From a virus (lineage: Duplodnaviria > Caudoviricetes): 25,795 nt of DNA. Below are positions 8,862 through 17,012 of the stretch, in pieces. The notes under the pieces were generated by a model, which saw only the letters and a list, made by a program, of their open reading frames with translations, ran no database searches and was not told the origin of the DNA. Each line of letters opens with the position of its first letter. The first letter of the stretch is position 1. The translations under genes were made by a program, and so were the position numbers. The stretch is from positions 1 to 25,795 of the IMG/VR virus record IMGVR_UViG_3300010362_001270; one strand, given 5' to 3'.

Positions 8862-8989
8862 TGCATTTAGAAAAAGATATTTTAAAAGGCAAGAAATTTA
8901 AAAAGGGTGAATTGAAGAAAGAAGCTAAAGAAGAAATTGAGGAAATGAAAGATAAGAAAAAGAAAATGGCGAATAAAATGAATTGTTGA
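8861..8989 (+). CDS. small basic protein 6 (42 aa, ends KKKMANKMNC)
   Basis: Read manually; TAATG overlap with the previous stop; TGA 8987-8989; shares the motif. Confidence 0.65.
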   Translation: MHLEKDILKGKKFKKGELKKEAKEEIEEMKDKKKKMANKMNC

Positions 8990-9072
8990 TTCACTGCTAA
9001 CCAGTCGGCTTAGCAGTTATTAAAATCCTTTCCTTCTCGGTTTGGAAAGTAAAATAATAAACCCGTAACAAT

Positions 9073-9885
9073 ATGGAAAAGATAGATTTAAACGCTCCCG
9101 CCTTTGGTGAAGGAGCGCAGAAGATTGTCGGTTCAGAAGAACAGCCAATCAAGGAAGAAGAGCAAAAGGAAGAAGAAAAGCCAGCAGAAGTTCCTAAAGA
9201 AGAGCCGGAAAAGGAACAAGAAGAAGAAACTAAAGTCCCTTACAGCCGGTTTAAAAAGTTCCACGATGAGGCAAAACGCTTCCAGCAGGAAGCGGAAGAA
9301 TGGAAAGCTAAGGCACACGCTTTAGAAAATGAGCCTCGTGATTCTGGTGCGGATATTGATCCGGAAGATGAAGCCTATAAGCTCTGGATAGAAAATTTTG
9401 GTGACAGTGAAGCTTCTAATAAAGCTTGGAAAAATCAGTTAAAGATTACTCAGCGACTGCAACAGCAGGCGATTGAGAATGCCAGGGAAGAAGCTTTAGA
9501 AGCAGTTCGGAATGAACGTTCGGCAGAGGCTGAACGCATCAACGAAAATGTCGATCAAATTGATTCTAACTTTGAGTCTTTAGAGGACTTTGTCGGTCGG
9601 CAATTAACCGATCAGGAACAATCCGCATTATTGGATATTGTGGATGAGTATACTCCAAAGAATGATGAAGGAAATTATAGCGGTGATCTTCTGCCTTTTG
9701 AGAAAGCTTGGGAAATTTACGAGCTAAAAACTCAGTCGAGTAGGGCTGTAAAAACTCAGGCGAGAGATAATGTGGCGGCGCTGTCCAGCAATAAAACTCA
9801 AGGAGAAACCAGCTTTAATGATCAGGGTGAAAAGGACAAAAACTGGAATCCGTTTGATTGGCAGGCGTGGCGCAACCGCATATAA
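9073..9885 (+). CDS. capsid scaffolding protein (putative)
   Basis: Acidic disordered N-terminus, VPYSRFK motif followed by coiled coil; immediately upstream of the capsid gene. Confidence 0.75.
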   Translation: MEKIDLNAPAFGEGAQKIVGSEEQPIKEEEQKEEEKPAEVPKEEPEKEQEEETKVPYSRFKKFHDEAKRFQQEAEEWKAKAHALENEPRDSGADIDPEDEAYKLWIENFGDSEASNKAWKNQLKITQRLQQQAIENAREEALEAVRNERSAEAERINENVDQIDSNFESLEDFVGRQLTDQEQSALLDIVDEYTPKNDEGNYSGDLLPFEKAWEIYELKTQSSRAVKTQARDNVAALSSNKTQGETSFNDQGEKDKNWNPFDWQAWRNRI

Positions 9886-9905
9886 AATAATTAAAATTTA
9901 CTAAT

Positions 9906-11619
9906 ATGGCTTTCAATAATGTCGTGGATACCCTCACTCTTGAAGAGATAATTCCGAGGGTTGTCGATACTGTATTGAGAAGCAACACCTTCGCAACAAA
10001 AATGCTTTCGAAGACTAAACGTTTCGGAGCAGCGACGATGGACTTCCCTAAACTTTTAAGTATAAAGCTAATTAATTTTAGTTTTTAATAACTTGATGGG
10101 GAAGTAAAATTCTTTCTGATTAGGGGAATACTGAAATTGTTAACCCCTGGCAAGCACATTGACAACTAAATACCTACTTGATATGATATAGGTATATGAA
10201 GCAATATAAAGAATTAAAACTTGCTTATACTGCTGGGTTTATAGACGGAGAAGGTTTTATAGGTTTAGTGAAAGAAAATAGAACTATACCACGTGGTAAA
10301 AGTAAGCAATATACCTTACGAGTTGCTGTTGGACAACAAGATGGTGAAATTATGGATTGGCTAGTCGGAAATTTTGGAGGATATATCCATAATGTTAAAA
10401 GAGATAATAGTTATATGTGGCAATTAACTACAAAAAAAGCCTATTATTTTCTTAAAGAAATTGAGCCATTTTTGAAATATAAACGTTCTCAAGCAAGATT
10501 AGCAATACGTTTTTATGAACGACATCTTATAGGAAATGAAAAAAGACGTTACCAACAATTATCTCAAATTGAATTACAAAAAAGGGAAGAATTATATCAA
10601 GAACTTAAAAATTTAAAAAAGGTATTTAGAAAACCTGTCAATTTTGCAGCCGTAGAGACTAAGTGAAAGAACGCTTATTATAGCGATGCTATAGTCCGAA
10701 CTTTAGCGAATAAAAGCTAAAGATAACACATTTAATCAAGTATCAAATTGGCACAGCTATCACTTCCTTTTTGGGATTTGATACTTTGCCGACTAGCTTC
10801 ACAGATACTCGTGTGCTTTTGAAGTACAATCCGAGATTTGTGGCAGCCAATGTTGCTTTGGCTGGAACTGATCTTATCAGCAACAATACCGCAGCTAAAG
10901 TGCTTGATTTAACTCGTGTTGAAATGCAAAGCCGGGCGCAAGATCTGGCTGACGGCATTGGCACAATGCTTTGGGGTGATGGTACCGGCAATAGCAATAA
11001 AGACCTTTTAGGTCTTGGCGCTTTAGTCGATGACGGAACTTCTGTCACCACAATCGGCGGTCTTTCACGTTCTACTTACACAACTCTTAAAGGCACAGTT
11101 ACTTCTGCGGCAACTCTTAGTTTGACGACTATGAGAACGCTTTACAATGCAATCGCAGATGCGACAATTGCACCAACCCGTGCATATACTGATTATCCGA
11201 CTTGGGCTTTGTATGAACAACTTTTGCTTCCGCAAGAGAAAATCTTTAAGGAAGTTAATATCGTTCCTAACTACAAAGGCTATGAAGGTTTTGCCGGTTT
11301 GATGTATGCCGGTATGGAAATCGTGCCGGATAGAAAAGCTACGAGCGGAGTCATGGTTTTCATCAATGAAAACTTTATGAACTTCTACGGCTTGGATGCC
11401 GATCTTGATGCTTTTGAAGGCAGCCGCAAAGTCGATGTTGCCGGGAAGCTTTTTGCCGGTAATCAATACAATGAAGTTGGCAACTTAGGGTTTTATTGGA
11501 CTGGTTTTATCAAGACTACAACTCAATTTGCCTTTAACAGCTTCATTATCCTAGCTGGTAACCTTATCACTGATAATCCTCGCAGGCACGGAAAACTGAC
11601 GGGGATTACCGGGATTTAA
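9906..11619 (+). CDS. major capsid protein, intron-split: join(9906..10049,10735..11619), 342 aa
   Basis: Spliced junction reads ...AATMDFP|IKYQIGTAITSFLGFDTL...; HK97-fold-like segments LWGDGTG, LLGLGALVD, IGGLSRST, GNLITDNPRRHGKLTGI; follows the scaffold gene. Confidence 0.88.
10159..10187 (+). promoter_or_regulatory. intron-internal sigma70 promoter for the homing endonuclease
   Basis: TTGACA-17 nt-TATGAT, 8 nt before ATG 10196; overlaps hairpin ATACCTA/TAGGTAT. Confidence 0.8.
10196..10666 (+). CDS. single-motif LAGLIDADG homing endonuclease
   Basis: LAYTAGFIDGEGFI, LRVAVGQ, FGGYI, FLKEIEPFLKYKRSQA; last codons (AAVETK*) overlap intron P6'/P7. Confidence 0.93.
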   Translation: MKQYKELKLAYTAGFIDGEGFIGLVKENRTIPRGKSKQYTLRVAVGQQDGEIMDWLVGNFGGYIHNVKRDNSYMWQLTTKKAYYFLKEIEPFLKYKRSQARLAIRFYERHLIGNEKRRYQQLSQIELQKREELYQELKNLKKVFRKPVNFAAVETK

Positions 11620-11632
11620 GAAAGGAGTTATT

Positions 11633-11830
11633 ATGGCGGTTGATTTATCAAAATCACTGAATGAATTTCAACTCTTAGGCATTGGCTTTAATGCCGGATC
11701 TGGCGCTCCTACTTATTCCGCAAAACAAGGTTCTCTTTATGTCAGAACTGACGGCAGTTCCAGTTCTACTCGGATATATGTTAACAGCGATGGCGGCACT
11801 ACTTGGGTAGCTGTTACTACTGCTTCTTAA
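11633..11830 (+). CDS. small virion/capsid-associated protein (65 aa)
   Basis: AAGGAG RBS; GSGAPT...GSLYVRTDG...GTTW pattern typical of small phage structural domains; follows the capsid gene. Confidence 0.65.
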   Translation: MAVDLSKSLNEFQLLGIGFNAGSGAPTYSAKQGSLYVRTDGSSSSTRIYVNSDGGTTWVAVTTAS

Positions 11831-11849
11831 TCATTAAATATTAAAAATT

Positions 11850-12581
11850 ATGTCTTCACTTAAAGGTGCTATCGGCATTACTCCTCAGGATGTCTTTACC
11901 AGTTCCTCGACTCAGGCAACTGATCTTGGCGCTTTTGCAACCACTGGGGATGGTCGGGGCTTTAGATACGCTTTGGTTGGCGCAACAACTGTTGTGCCGG
12001 GCAAGGTCTATCAAGGACCAGCACAGGATGCTACTAACCTTTCGCCGGCTGGCGGATTGGCGGTAGCGGCGGCAGCTGTAGGTGCCACACAAGTTACTCT
12101 TACAGGCTCTTTGACTTTGGCTGCTAACCTGCTTGCTGGCGGATTTATGTCCGTAGCGGTTACGCCGGGTCAGGGTTATACTTACAAAGTCAAAGGCAAC
12201 ACTGCGGTTTCTTCCGCAGCTAACTGCGTTGTGACTTTGGAAGATCCTATCCAAGTTGCTCTTACTACATCTTCAAAAGTTGTGTTTATGCTTAGCCCAT
12301 ATAATGGCGTTGTCGTAGCGCCAGCTACCATGACTGCGGTCCCGGTTGGTGTTGGGGTTTATGGCATTACTAATGCTCAATATGGCTGGATCCAAACTCA
12401 TGGACCAGTCGGCTGTTTGGTAACAGGCACATTTGCGACTGCCGGATTGGCTGTAGGTATCCTTGTCGGCGGCACAATCGGCTCGCTTGCTCCAACTATT
12501 GCGGGTACTCCTATTGTCGGTTATACAATGGGAATCAGCGCTACTACGGAATACGATATGGTTTTTCTCGTTATAGATTGA
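11850..12581 (+). CDS. putative capsid decoration/cement protein
   Basis: Ala/Gly/Val/Thr-rich; DGRGFRYA and QYGWIQTHG segments; position after the capsid gene. Confidence 0.6.
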   Translation: MSSLKGAIGITPQDVFTSSSTQATDLGAFATTGDGRGFRYALVGATTVVPGKVYQGPAQDATNLSPAGGLAVAAAAVGATQVTLTGSLTLAANLLAGGFMSVAVTPGQGYTYKVKGNTAVSSAANCVVTLEDPIQVALTTSSKVVFMLSPYNGVVVAPATMTAVPVGVGVYGITNAQYGWIQTHGPVGCLVTGTFATAGLAVGILVGGTIGSLAPTIAGTPIVGYTMGISATTEYDMVFLVID

Positions 12582-12599
12582 GTAAAGTTTACCAATTCA

Positions 12600-12640
12600 T
12601 GCTATAATACCCTTACTTATTATTAAGAGTAAGGGTATTA
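12600..12640 (+). promoter_or_regulatory. extended -10 promoter overlapping an RBS-sequestering hairpin
   Basis: TGCTATAAT 12600-12608; 13-bp stem TAATACCCTTACT 12605-12617 / AGTAAGGGTATTA 12628-12640. Confidence 0.65.
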
Positions 12641-12644
12641 TTTT

Positions 12645-13220
12645 ATGAATAAAAAACAATTATATAAGCTATATATCATAGATCAAAAATCTATCAGAGT
12701 TGTAGCAAAAGAATTAAATTATGGTGAAGCTACAATTTTAAAATATCTTAAAAAATTTAATATTCCTCGCCGTTTACGCAATCCCTTTGGACGGAAATTA
12801 AGTCAAAAAACAAAAGATAAAATAAGTCAAGCTCATATTGGATTATTTCCTTCTCAAAGAACTAGATTGAAATTATCTTTAGCTCATAAAGGTAAAAGAT
12901 ATAATACTTCACACAAAATAGTAACTAAAAAAGGATATATAAAATTGTATTTACCTAATAATTTAATGGCTAATAGTCATGGATATGTTAGTGAACATCG
13001 AATTGTCATGGCAGAACATTTAGGTAGACCTCTCTTAAGAGAGGAATTAGTACATCATATTAATCATAATAAACAAGATAATCGAATAGAAAATTTACAG
13101 CTTTTAAATCGTAGTGAACACGGAATTATGCATGAAAATTTGCCAGAAACTAAAAAATGGCGTAGTAAAATGATGAAAGAAAAAAGGAAACAAAAATACT
13201 GGTCTACTAAAAAAGTTTAA
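12645..13220 (+). CDS. free-standing HNH homing endonuclease with N-terminal HTH and NUMOD3-like repeats
   Basis: YVSEHRIVMAEHLGRPL..EELVHHINHNKQDNRIENL...H; repeats SQKTKDKISQAHIG and SQRTRLKLSLAHKG; AT-rich. Confidence 0.9.
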   Translation: MNKKQLYKLYIIDQKSIRVVAKELNYGEATILKYLKKFNIPRRLRNPFGRKLSQKTKDKISQAHIGLFPSQRTRLKLSLAHKGKRYNTSHKIVTKKGYIKLYLPNNLMANSHGYVSEHRIVMAEHLGRPLLREELVHHINHNKQDNRIENLQLLNRSEHGIMHENLPETKKWRSKMMKEKRKQKYWSTKKV

Positions 13221-13226
13221 GTTTTA

Positions 13227-13259
13227 TGTTATAATCCCTATATATTTTTTATAGGGATT
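13227..13259 (+). promoter_or_regulatory. extended -10 plus hairpin downstream of the HNH gene
   Basis: TGTTATAAT 13227-13235; stem AATCCCTATA/TATAGGGATT. Confidence 0.5.
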
Positions 13260-13287
13260 TTAACTATTCCCTCGAAAGGAAATAAAA

Positions 13288-13824
13288 ATGAGCAGTTTAG
13301 TTAATAAAAATGATGGAGTCTATAATCCATCATTGCGTTTTGCATTTACCAATATCACTGAGGAGGATTTTGTATCAGCATGGGGCGGCAGCCCAATAGT
13401 CGTTAAAGCGGGGCAGACAGTCGAGTTACCGCATCATCTTGCGGATAAAATGACGGATGAGCTGGTTAATAAAATAATGATCGGCAATGCCAAACTTGAT
13501 GAAGTTGAGTATTACAAGAAAAATCCCAATACTCAGCCGAATATGTATCGAGCGGCTTCGTCTTTAGGAGTACCGGCAGCTCGGAAAATATGGGAAGACA
13601 AGATTGTCAGACCGCTTGCGGTAGATGAGGAATCTCCGGAAATTCAGGTAATGCGAGCGCAAATTAAAGAAGAAATAATGAATGATTTAAAGGAAAAGCC
13701 AAGTAGTCAGCCTGTTGCCGTTCCTACCAACATTTCGGAGTTTGCGGAATTAAAACAGGCTGGCGAAGAGAAGGAAGCGCCTAAAGAGAAAAAACCATTA
13801 AAGGTTAAAACATTGCCTAAATGA
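13288..13824 (+). CDS. hypothetical phage protein (178 aa)
   Basis: AAAGGA RBS; ATGA-coupled to the next gene. Confidence 0.8.
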   Translation: MSSLVNKNDGVYNPSLRFAFTNITEEDFVSAWGGSPIVVKAGQTVELPHHLADKMTDELVNKIMIGNAKLDEVEYYKKNPNTQPNMYRAASSLGVPAARKIWEDKIVRPLAVDEESPEIQVMRAQIKEEIMNDLKEKPSSQPVAVPTNISEFAELKQAGEEKEAPKEKKPLKVKTLPK

Positions 13825-14534
13825 AATTACTTGAGCCTACAGCAATAAAGGATTTAAAGGGGCAGGAGAGTGCGAGGGAGCTTTTGCGTAGTCAGGAAAT
13901 TCAAAAGATAGCGGATAAAACTCGAAAAGAATTAGCAAACTCTCAGGCTGATTTTTACAATACTTTAGCAAAACAAAAAGAGATTTGGGTTAAAGAAGAA
14001 GAAGAACATAGCCAGAGAGTAAAAGAAAGACAGCAGGAAATTCAAACTTTGGAAGCAAAAAAGCTAAGTTTAATGGTGCCTTTTACAGTTTTAAAAGAAG
14101 GCACGGAAAAGAAAGTCAAGGATGCGGAAAACTTTTTAAAGGATCTGAAGGAAAAAGAGCAAAGGGTTGAGGAACTGACAGAAAGGCTGGAAGATAAATT
14201 GGATAAAACAGGCGAAAAAGAACAGGATTTAAAGCAATGGGAACAGAGATTAATTATTAAACAGCAGGGAATAGATCAGCAATTTAAAAATACCGCTGAT
14301 TCAGCTAAACAGCTGACAGCAGAAATTGCCAGTTTTACCGCTGATAAGCAAAAGGCAGATCAGGAAATAAACCAGCGTAAAACAGAATTAGCTTTAATCG
14401 AACAAACTTTAATTGCCAAAAGAGACAGTTTGTTAAGGACTGAAAGTTCTCTTAACGATTTAGCCAAGCAATTGCAGGATGAAAGGGAAGTATTAAAACG
14501 GGCTTTTGAAGAGGTTAAGCGAATGAGAGGTTAA
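13821..14534 (+). CDS. long coiled-coil protein (237 aa)
   Basis: E/K/Q/L-rich heptad-like sequence throughout. Confidence 0.8.
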   Translation: MKLLEPTAIKDLKGQESARELLRSQEIQKIADKTRKELANSQADFYNTLAKQKEIWVKEEEEHSQRVKERQQEIQTLEAKKLSLMVPFTVLKEGTEKKVKDAENFLKDLKEKEQRVEELTERLEDKLDKTGEKEQDLKQWEQRLIIKQQGIDQQFKNTADSAKQLTAEIASFTADKQKADQEINQRKTELALIEQTLIAKRDSLLRTESSLNDLAKQLQDEREVLKRAFEEVKRMRG

Positions 14535-14571
14535 TATCCCCATAGCAAAAATGAAAGGAACTTAATAATCT
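14535..14571 (+). promoter_or_regulatory. TATCCCCA-box promoter 3
   Basis: TATCCCCA-TAGCAA-17 nt-TAATCT; -10 lies within inverted repeat CTTAATAA/TTATTAAG. Confidence 0.65.
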
Positions 14572-14603
14572 GTTATTAAGCTACTTTTAAATTTTTTCTT
14601 TTT

Positions 14604-14879
14604 ATGGCCAGCCTAAATAATATTTACGATACTATGGTGGCAAATGCGAATAACATTTATGCGGGAACTGGTACAGGCGGCGGATCGCTGACAGCGGAGA
14701 TTCCTGTTGGGACTATCGATAATTCAAATAAAGTATTTACAGTATCTAACGACCCTGTTTTTTTATTAGTTAATGGGCAAGGTTATTCATCGGGTAATGG
14801 CTACACTTATTCCAGCCCGACCATAACTTTAACAAATGCGGTGGGGACTGGCGGTTCTATTGTCAGTTTCCATAACTAA
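14604..14879 (+). CDS. small beta-rich virion-type protein, paralogous to 25239..25574
   Basis: GTIDNSNKVFT...LLVNG...GYTY matches GTVNGSNKAFT...IVSDG...GWTW. Confidence 0.7.
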   Translation: MASLNNIYDTMVANANNIYAGTGTGGGSLTAEIPVGTIDNSNKVFTVSNDPVFLLVNGQGYSSGNGYTYSSPTITLTNAVGTGGSIVSFHN

Positions 14880-14882
14880 TCT

Positions 14883-16928
14883 ATGTCTAAATTTAAATGG
14901 TTTAGTTTAGGAGTTTTAACCCTTGTTGCTTTTATAGGGTTGTACTTTGCAACGGATTATCAATCAAAGTTAGCTGATGCCGCCCAACCAGTAATTCAAA
15001 CTTATCAGGGAGGTACGGGGACAGGAACATCTCCTTCATCTGGACAAATATTATTAGGGCAAAGTGATGGCACTTATGCTCCTGTTGCAACTAGTTCTTT
15101 AGGTTTTTCTTCAACATATATTACCGTTTGTTCAAATGGTAGTTGCAATTATTTAGCTACTACTACAGGTGCGGAAGTAGGAATAAATCAAGCATTTACA
15201 GCAGCTTCTACTACAGGCGGCACGATTTTACTTAAGGCGGGGACTTATAATAATACCGCAACAACTAGTTCTAATTTTAGAGTTAATTTAGTTAATAATT
15301 CTAATTTTATAGGTGAAGGAGATGGTACGATTTTACAAGGATCTAATAATTTTGGCGGTGCAATTTCTCTTTTTGCTGTGAATAATGTTGGAGTAAATAA
15401 TATGCAAATATCCGGTGTTAACCAAACTGGCTCATTTGGTACTTTAAAAGTTGGGTTACGGGTAGATGCAGTTAAAAATGCTAAAATTAGCAATAATAGT
15501 TTTACTAATATGAATGGTTTTGGAAGTTTTGTTTATGCTGATGATGGTTCAACTACTACTGATATTTCTTATTTAAATAATTATTTTCAAGGAAATGGAT
15601 GGCAAGACCTTTTAGGCGGAGGCGCACCAGACAGCACCCAACTTTCTACAACTACTGATATTAATGTTATCGGTAACTTTTTTGAACAGACTGTAAACCA
15701 AGGAGGCACTGAAAATATAAATTTTGATACCAACTGCATGGATTTAACAGGTATTTCCCGTGTCAATTTTGCTCTAAATAATTGTAAAGGAAATGTAGTT
15801 TTTGGTAATGAACAAGCACCTAATTATTATTTGGCTATTAACAGTAACATTGTTACTTCACCATTAGGTACAACTTCGGTGGCAGGAGATATTGTTATTC
15901 AGGAAGATGGAGCCTCTGCTTCTGCTACACGTACTCCTTCTAATATGATAATTAATAATAATTTGCTTCAGGATGGAAAAATTGGATTATTTGGAGCATC
16001 TGTTTCCCAACTTAAACATGTTTTAGTAAATGGCAATTCTGTTTTAACTTCTTCTTCTACTGAACAAAACGAAGAAAATACTGGTCATCAAGGAATTTAT
16101 GCTAGTCAAGTAGTTTTTGGGAATATTTATGGTAATGATATAACTTCTAATCTTAATAATGGGAATATTGCGTCAGATACTGGTATTCAATTAGTTAATA
16201 CTTCTTCGACTATGGTAGCTTTAAATAATATTAATGGTTTTGCTACTGGAATTGATTTGGGAAACGGTTCAGGTAATAAATCCATTTTTAATAATTTTAC
16301 TAATGTAACTACTCCAATTATTGGAGGCACTAACATAATTGGAATGAATAATTTTGGGCAGGTTTATATAGGAACTAGTACTGCTGGGTATACATTAGAT
16401 CTAAGTAATCCATCAGGTACTAATGTTTTACGGGCAGTTAATAATGGAACTCCAAGTTCAGCGGCGGGAGCAGGAATTATAGCTGATACAATTACTCCTA
16501 CAGGAGCGGATAACCGTTTGGGTTTTTTCCTTTTTGGAGCGGTTAGCACTACTACTCCGACTACTAGCATTAATGCAGCTGGTTTATCATCTTTTTCTAG
16601 TGAGGCTTGGTTACCAGGAACAAATCAAGGTGCGTATTTGAAATTTGAAACCACTCCAACTGCTTCTACTACCCGTATTGAACAAATGAGAATTACAGCG
16701 AATGGAAACGTTGGTATTGGTACAACTACACCTGTTGCTAATTCACAAATTACTAATTCAGTCGCAAATTCAACTACAACTTTAGAATTTGGTAGAGCAG
16801 GACAAAATAAAGGAACCTGTTTAAAATTATATAGAGCAGATGGTTCAGCTATTTATGCTTATGTGGCAGCTGGAGCAACCTCTTTTACTTTAAGCACTAC
16901 TGCCTGCGCTAGTGTGTCAGGATTTTAA
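14883..16928 (+). CDS. right-handed beta-helix tailspike/fibre-like protein with N-terminal signal or TM segment
   Basis: INQAF..GGTILLKAGTY (pectate-lyase-like start), Asn-rich repeats, C-terminal MRITANGNVGIGTTTP; N-terminal MSKFKWFSLGVLTLVAFIGLYFA. Confidence 0.75.
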   Translation: MSKFKWFSLGVLTLVAFIGLYFATDYQSKLADAAQPVIQTYQGGTGTGTSPSSGQILLGQSDGTYAPVATSSLGFSSTYITVCSNGSCNYLATTTGAEVGINQAFTAASTTGGTILLKAGTYNNTATTSSNFRVNLVNNSNFIGEGDGTILQGSNNFGGAISLFAVNNVGVNNMQISGVNQTGSFGTLKVGLRVDAVKNAKISNNSFTNMNGFGSFVYADDGSTTTDISYLNNYFQGNGWQDLLGGGAPDSTQLSTTTDINVIGNFFEQTVNQGGTENINFDTNCMDLTGISRVNFALNNCKGNVVFGNEQAPNYYLAINSNIVTSPLGTTSVAGDIVIQEDGASASATRTPSNMIINNNLLQDGKIGLFGASVSQLKHVLVNGNSVLTSSSTEQNEENTGHQGIYASQVVFGNIYGNDITSNLNNGNIASDTGIQLVNTSSTMVALNNINGFATGIDLGNGSGNKSIFNNFTNVTTPIIGGTNIIGMNNFGQVYIGTSTAGYTLDLSNPSGTNVLRAVNNGTPSSAAGAGIIADTITPTGADNRLGFFLFGAVSTTTPTTSINAAGLSSFSSEAWLPGTNQGAYLKFETTPTASTTRIEQMRITANGNVGIGTTTPVANSQITNSVANSTTTLEFGRAGQNKGTCLKLYRADGSAIYAYVAAGATSFTLSTTACASVSGF

Positions 16929-16937
16929 TTATCTTAT

Positions 16938-16960
16938 AGTACCCAACTAACGGGTACTTT
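16938..16960 (+). terminator. possible intrinsic terminator or processing hairpin
   Basis: AGTACCC-7 nt-GGGTACT followed by a short T run. Confidence 0.35.
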
Positions 16961-17012
16961 GGTAACAACAAGTACAAAGCCTGCATTTTGCCAATAAAAA
17001 TTTAGATGATTA

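Larger units (their letters stand above)
10050..10734 (+). mobile_element. group I self-splicing intron (685 nt) with homing endonuclease ORF
   Basis: P1: exon ACUUCCCU pairs with GGGGAAGU 10098-10105 including the U.G pair; P10: ACUUGAU 10091-10097 with 3' exon AUCAAGU; P3 10110-10116/10665-10671; P4 UUAGGGG/CCCCUGG; P7 GAGACUA 10655-10661/UAGUCC 10692-10697; P8 CGCU/AGCG; P9 CUUUAGC/GCUAAAG. Confidence 0.92.

Noticed and set aside
9906-10088. 60-aa ORF and separate 282-aa ORF (10771) as independent genes, or a broken capsid pseudogene
   Set aside because: Both are explained as exons of one gene split by a group I intron with a complete core; splicing restores the frame
12582-13287. HNH gene as part of a second intron
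   Set aside because: Flanking genes have intact stop and start codons, and no P7 (GACUA/UAGUC) or group II domain V was found
13821-14534. Tape measure protein
   Set aside because: Too short and highly charged, with no tail tube or tail chaperone genes nearby
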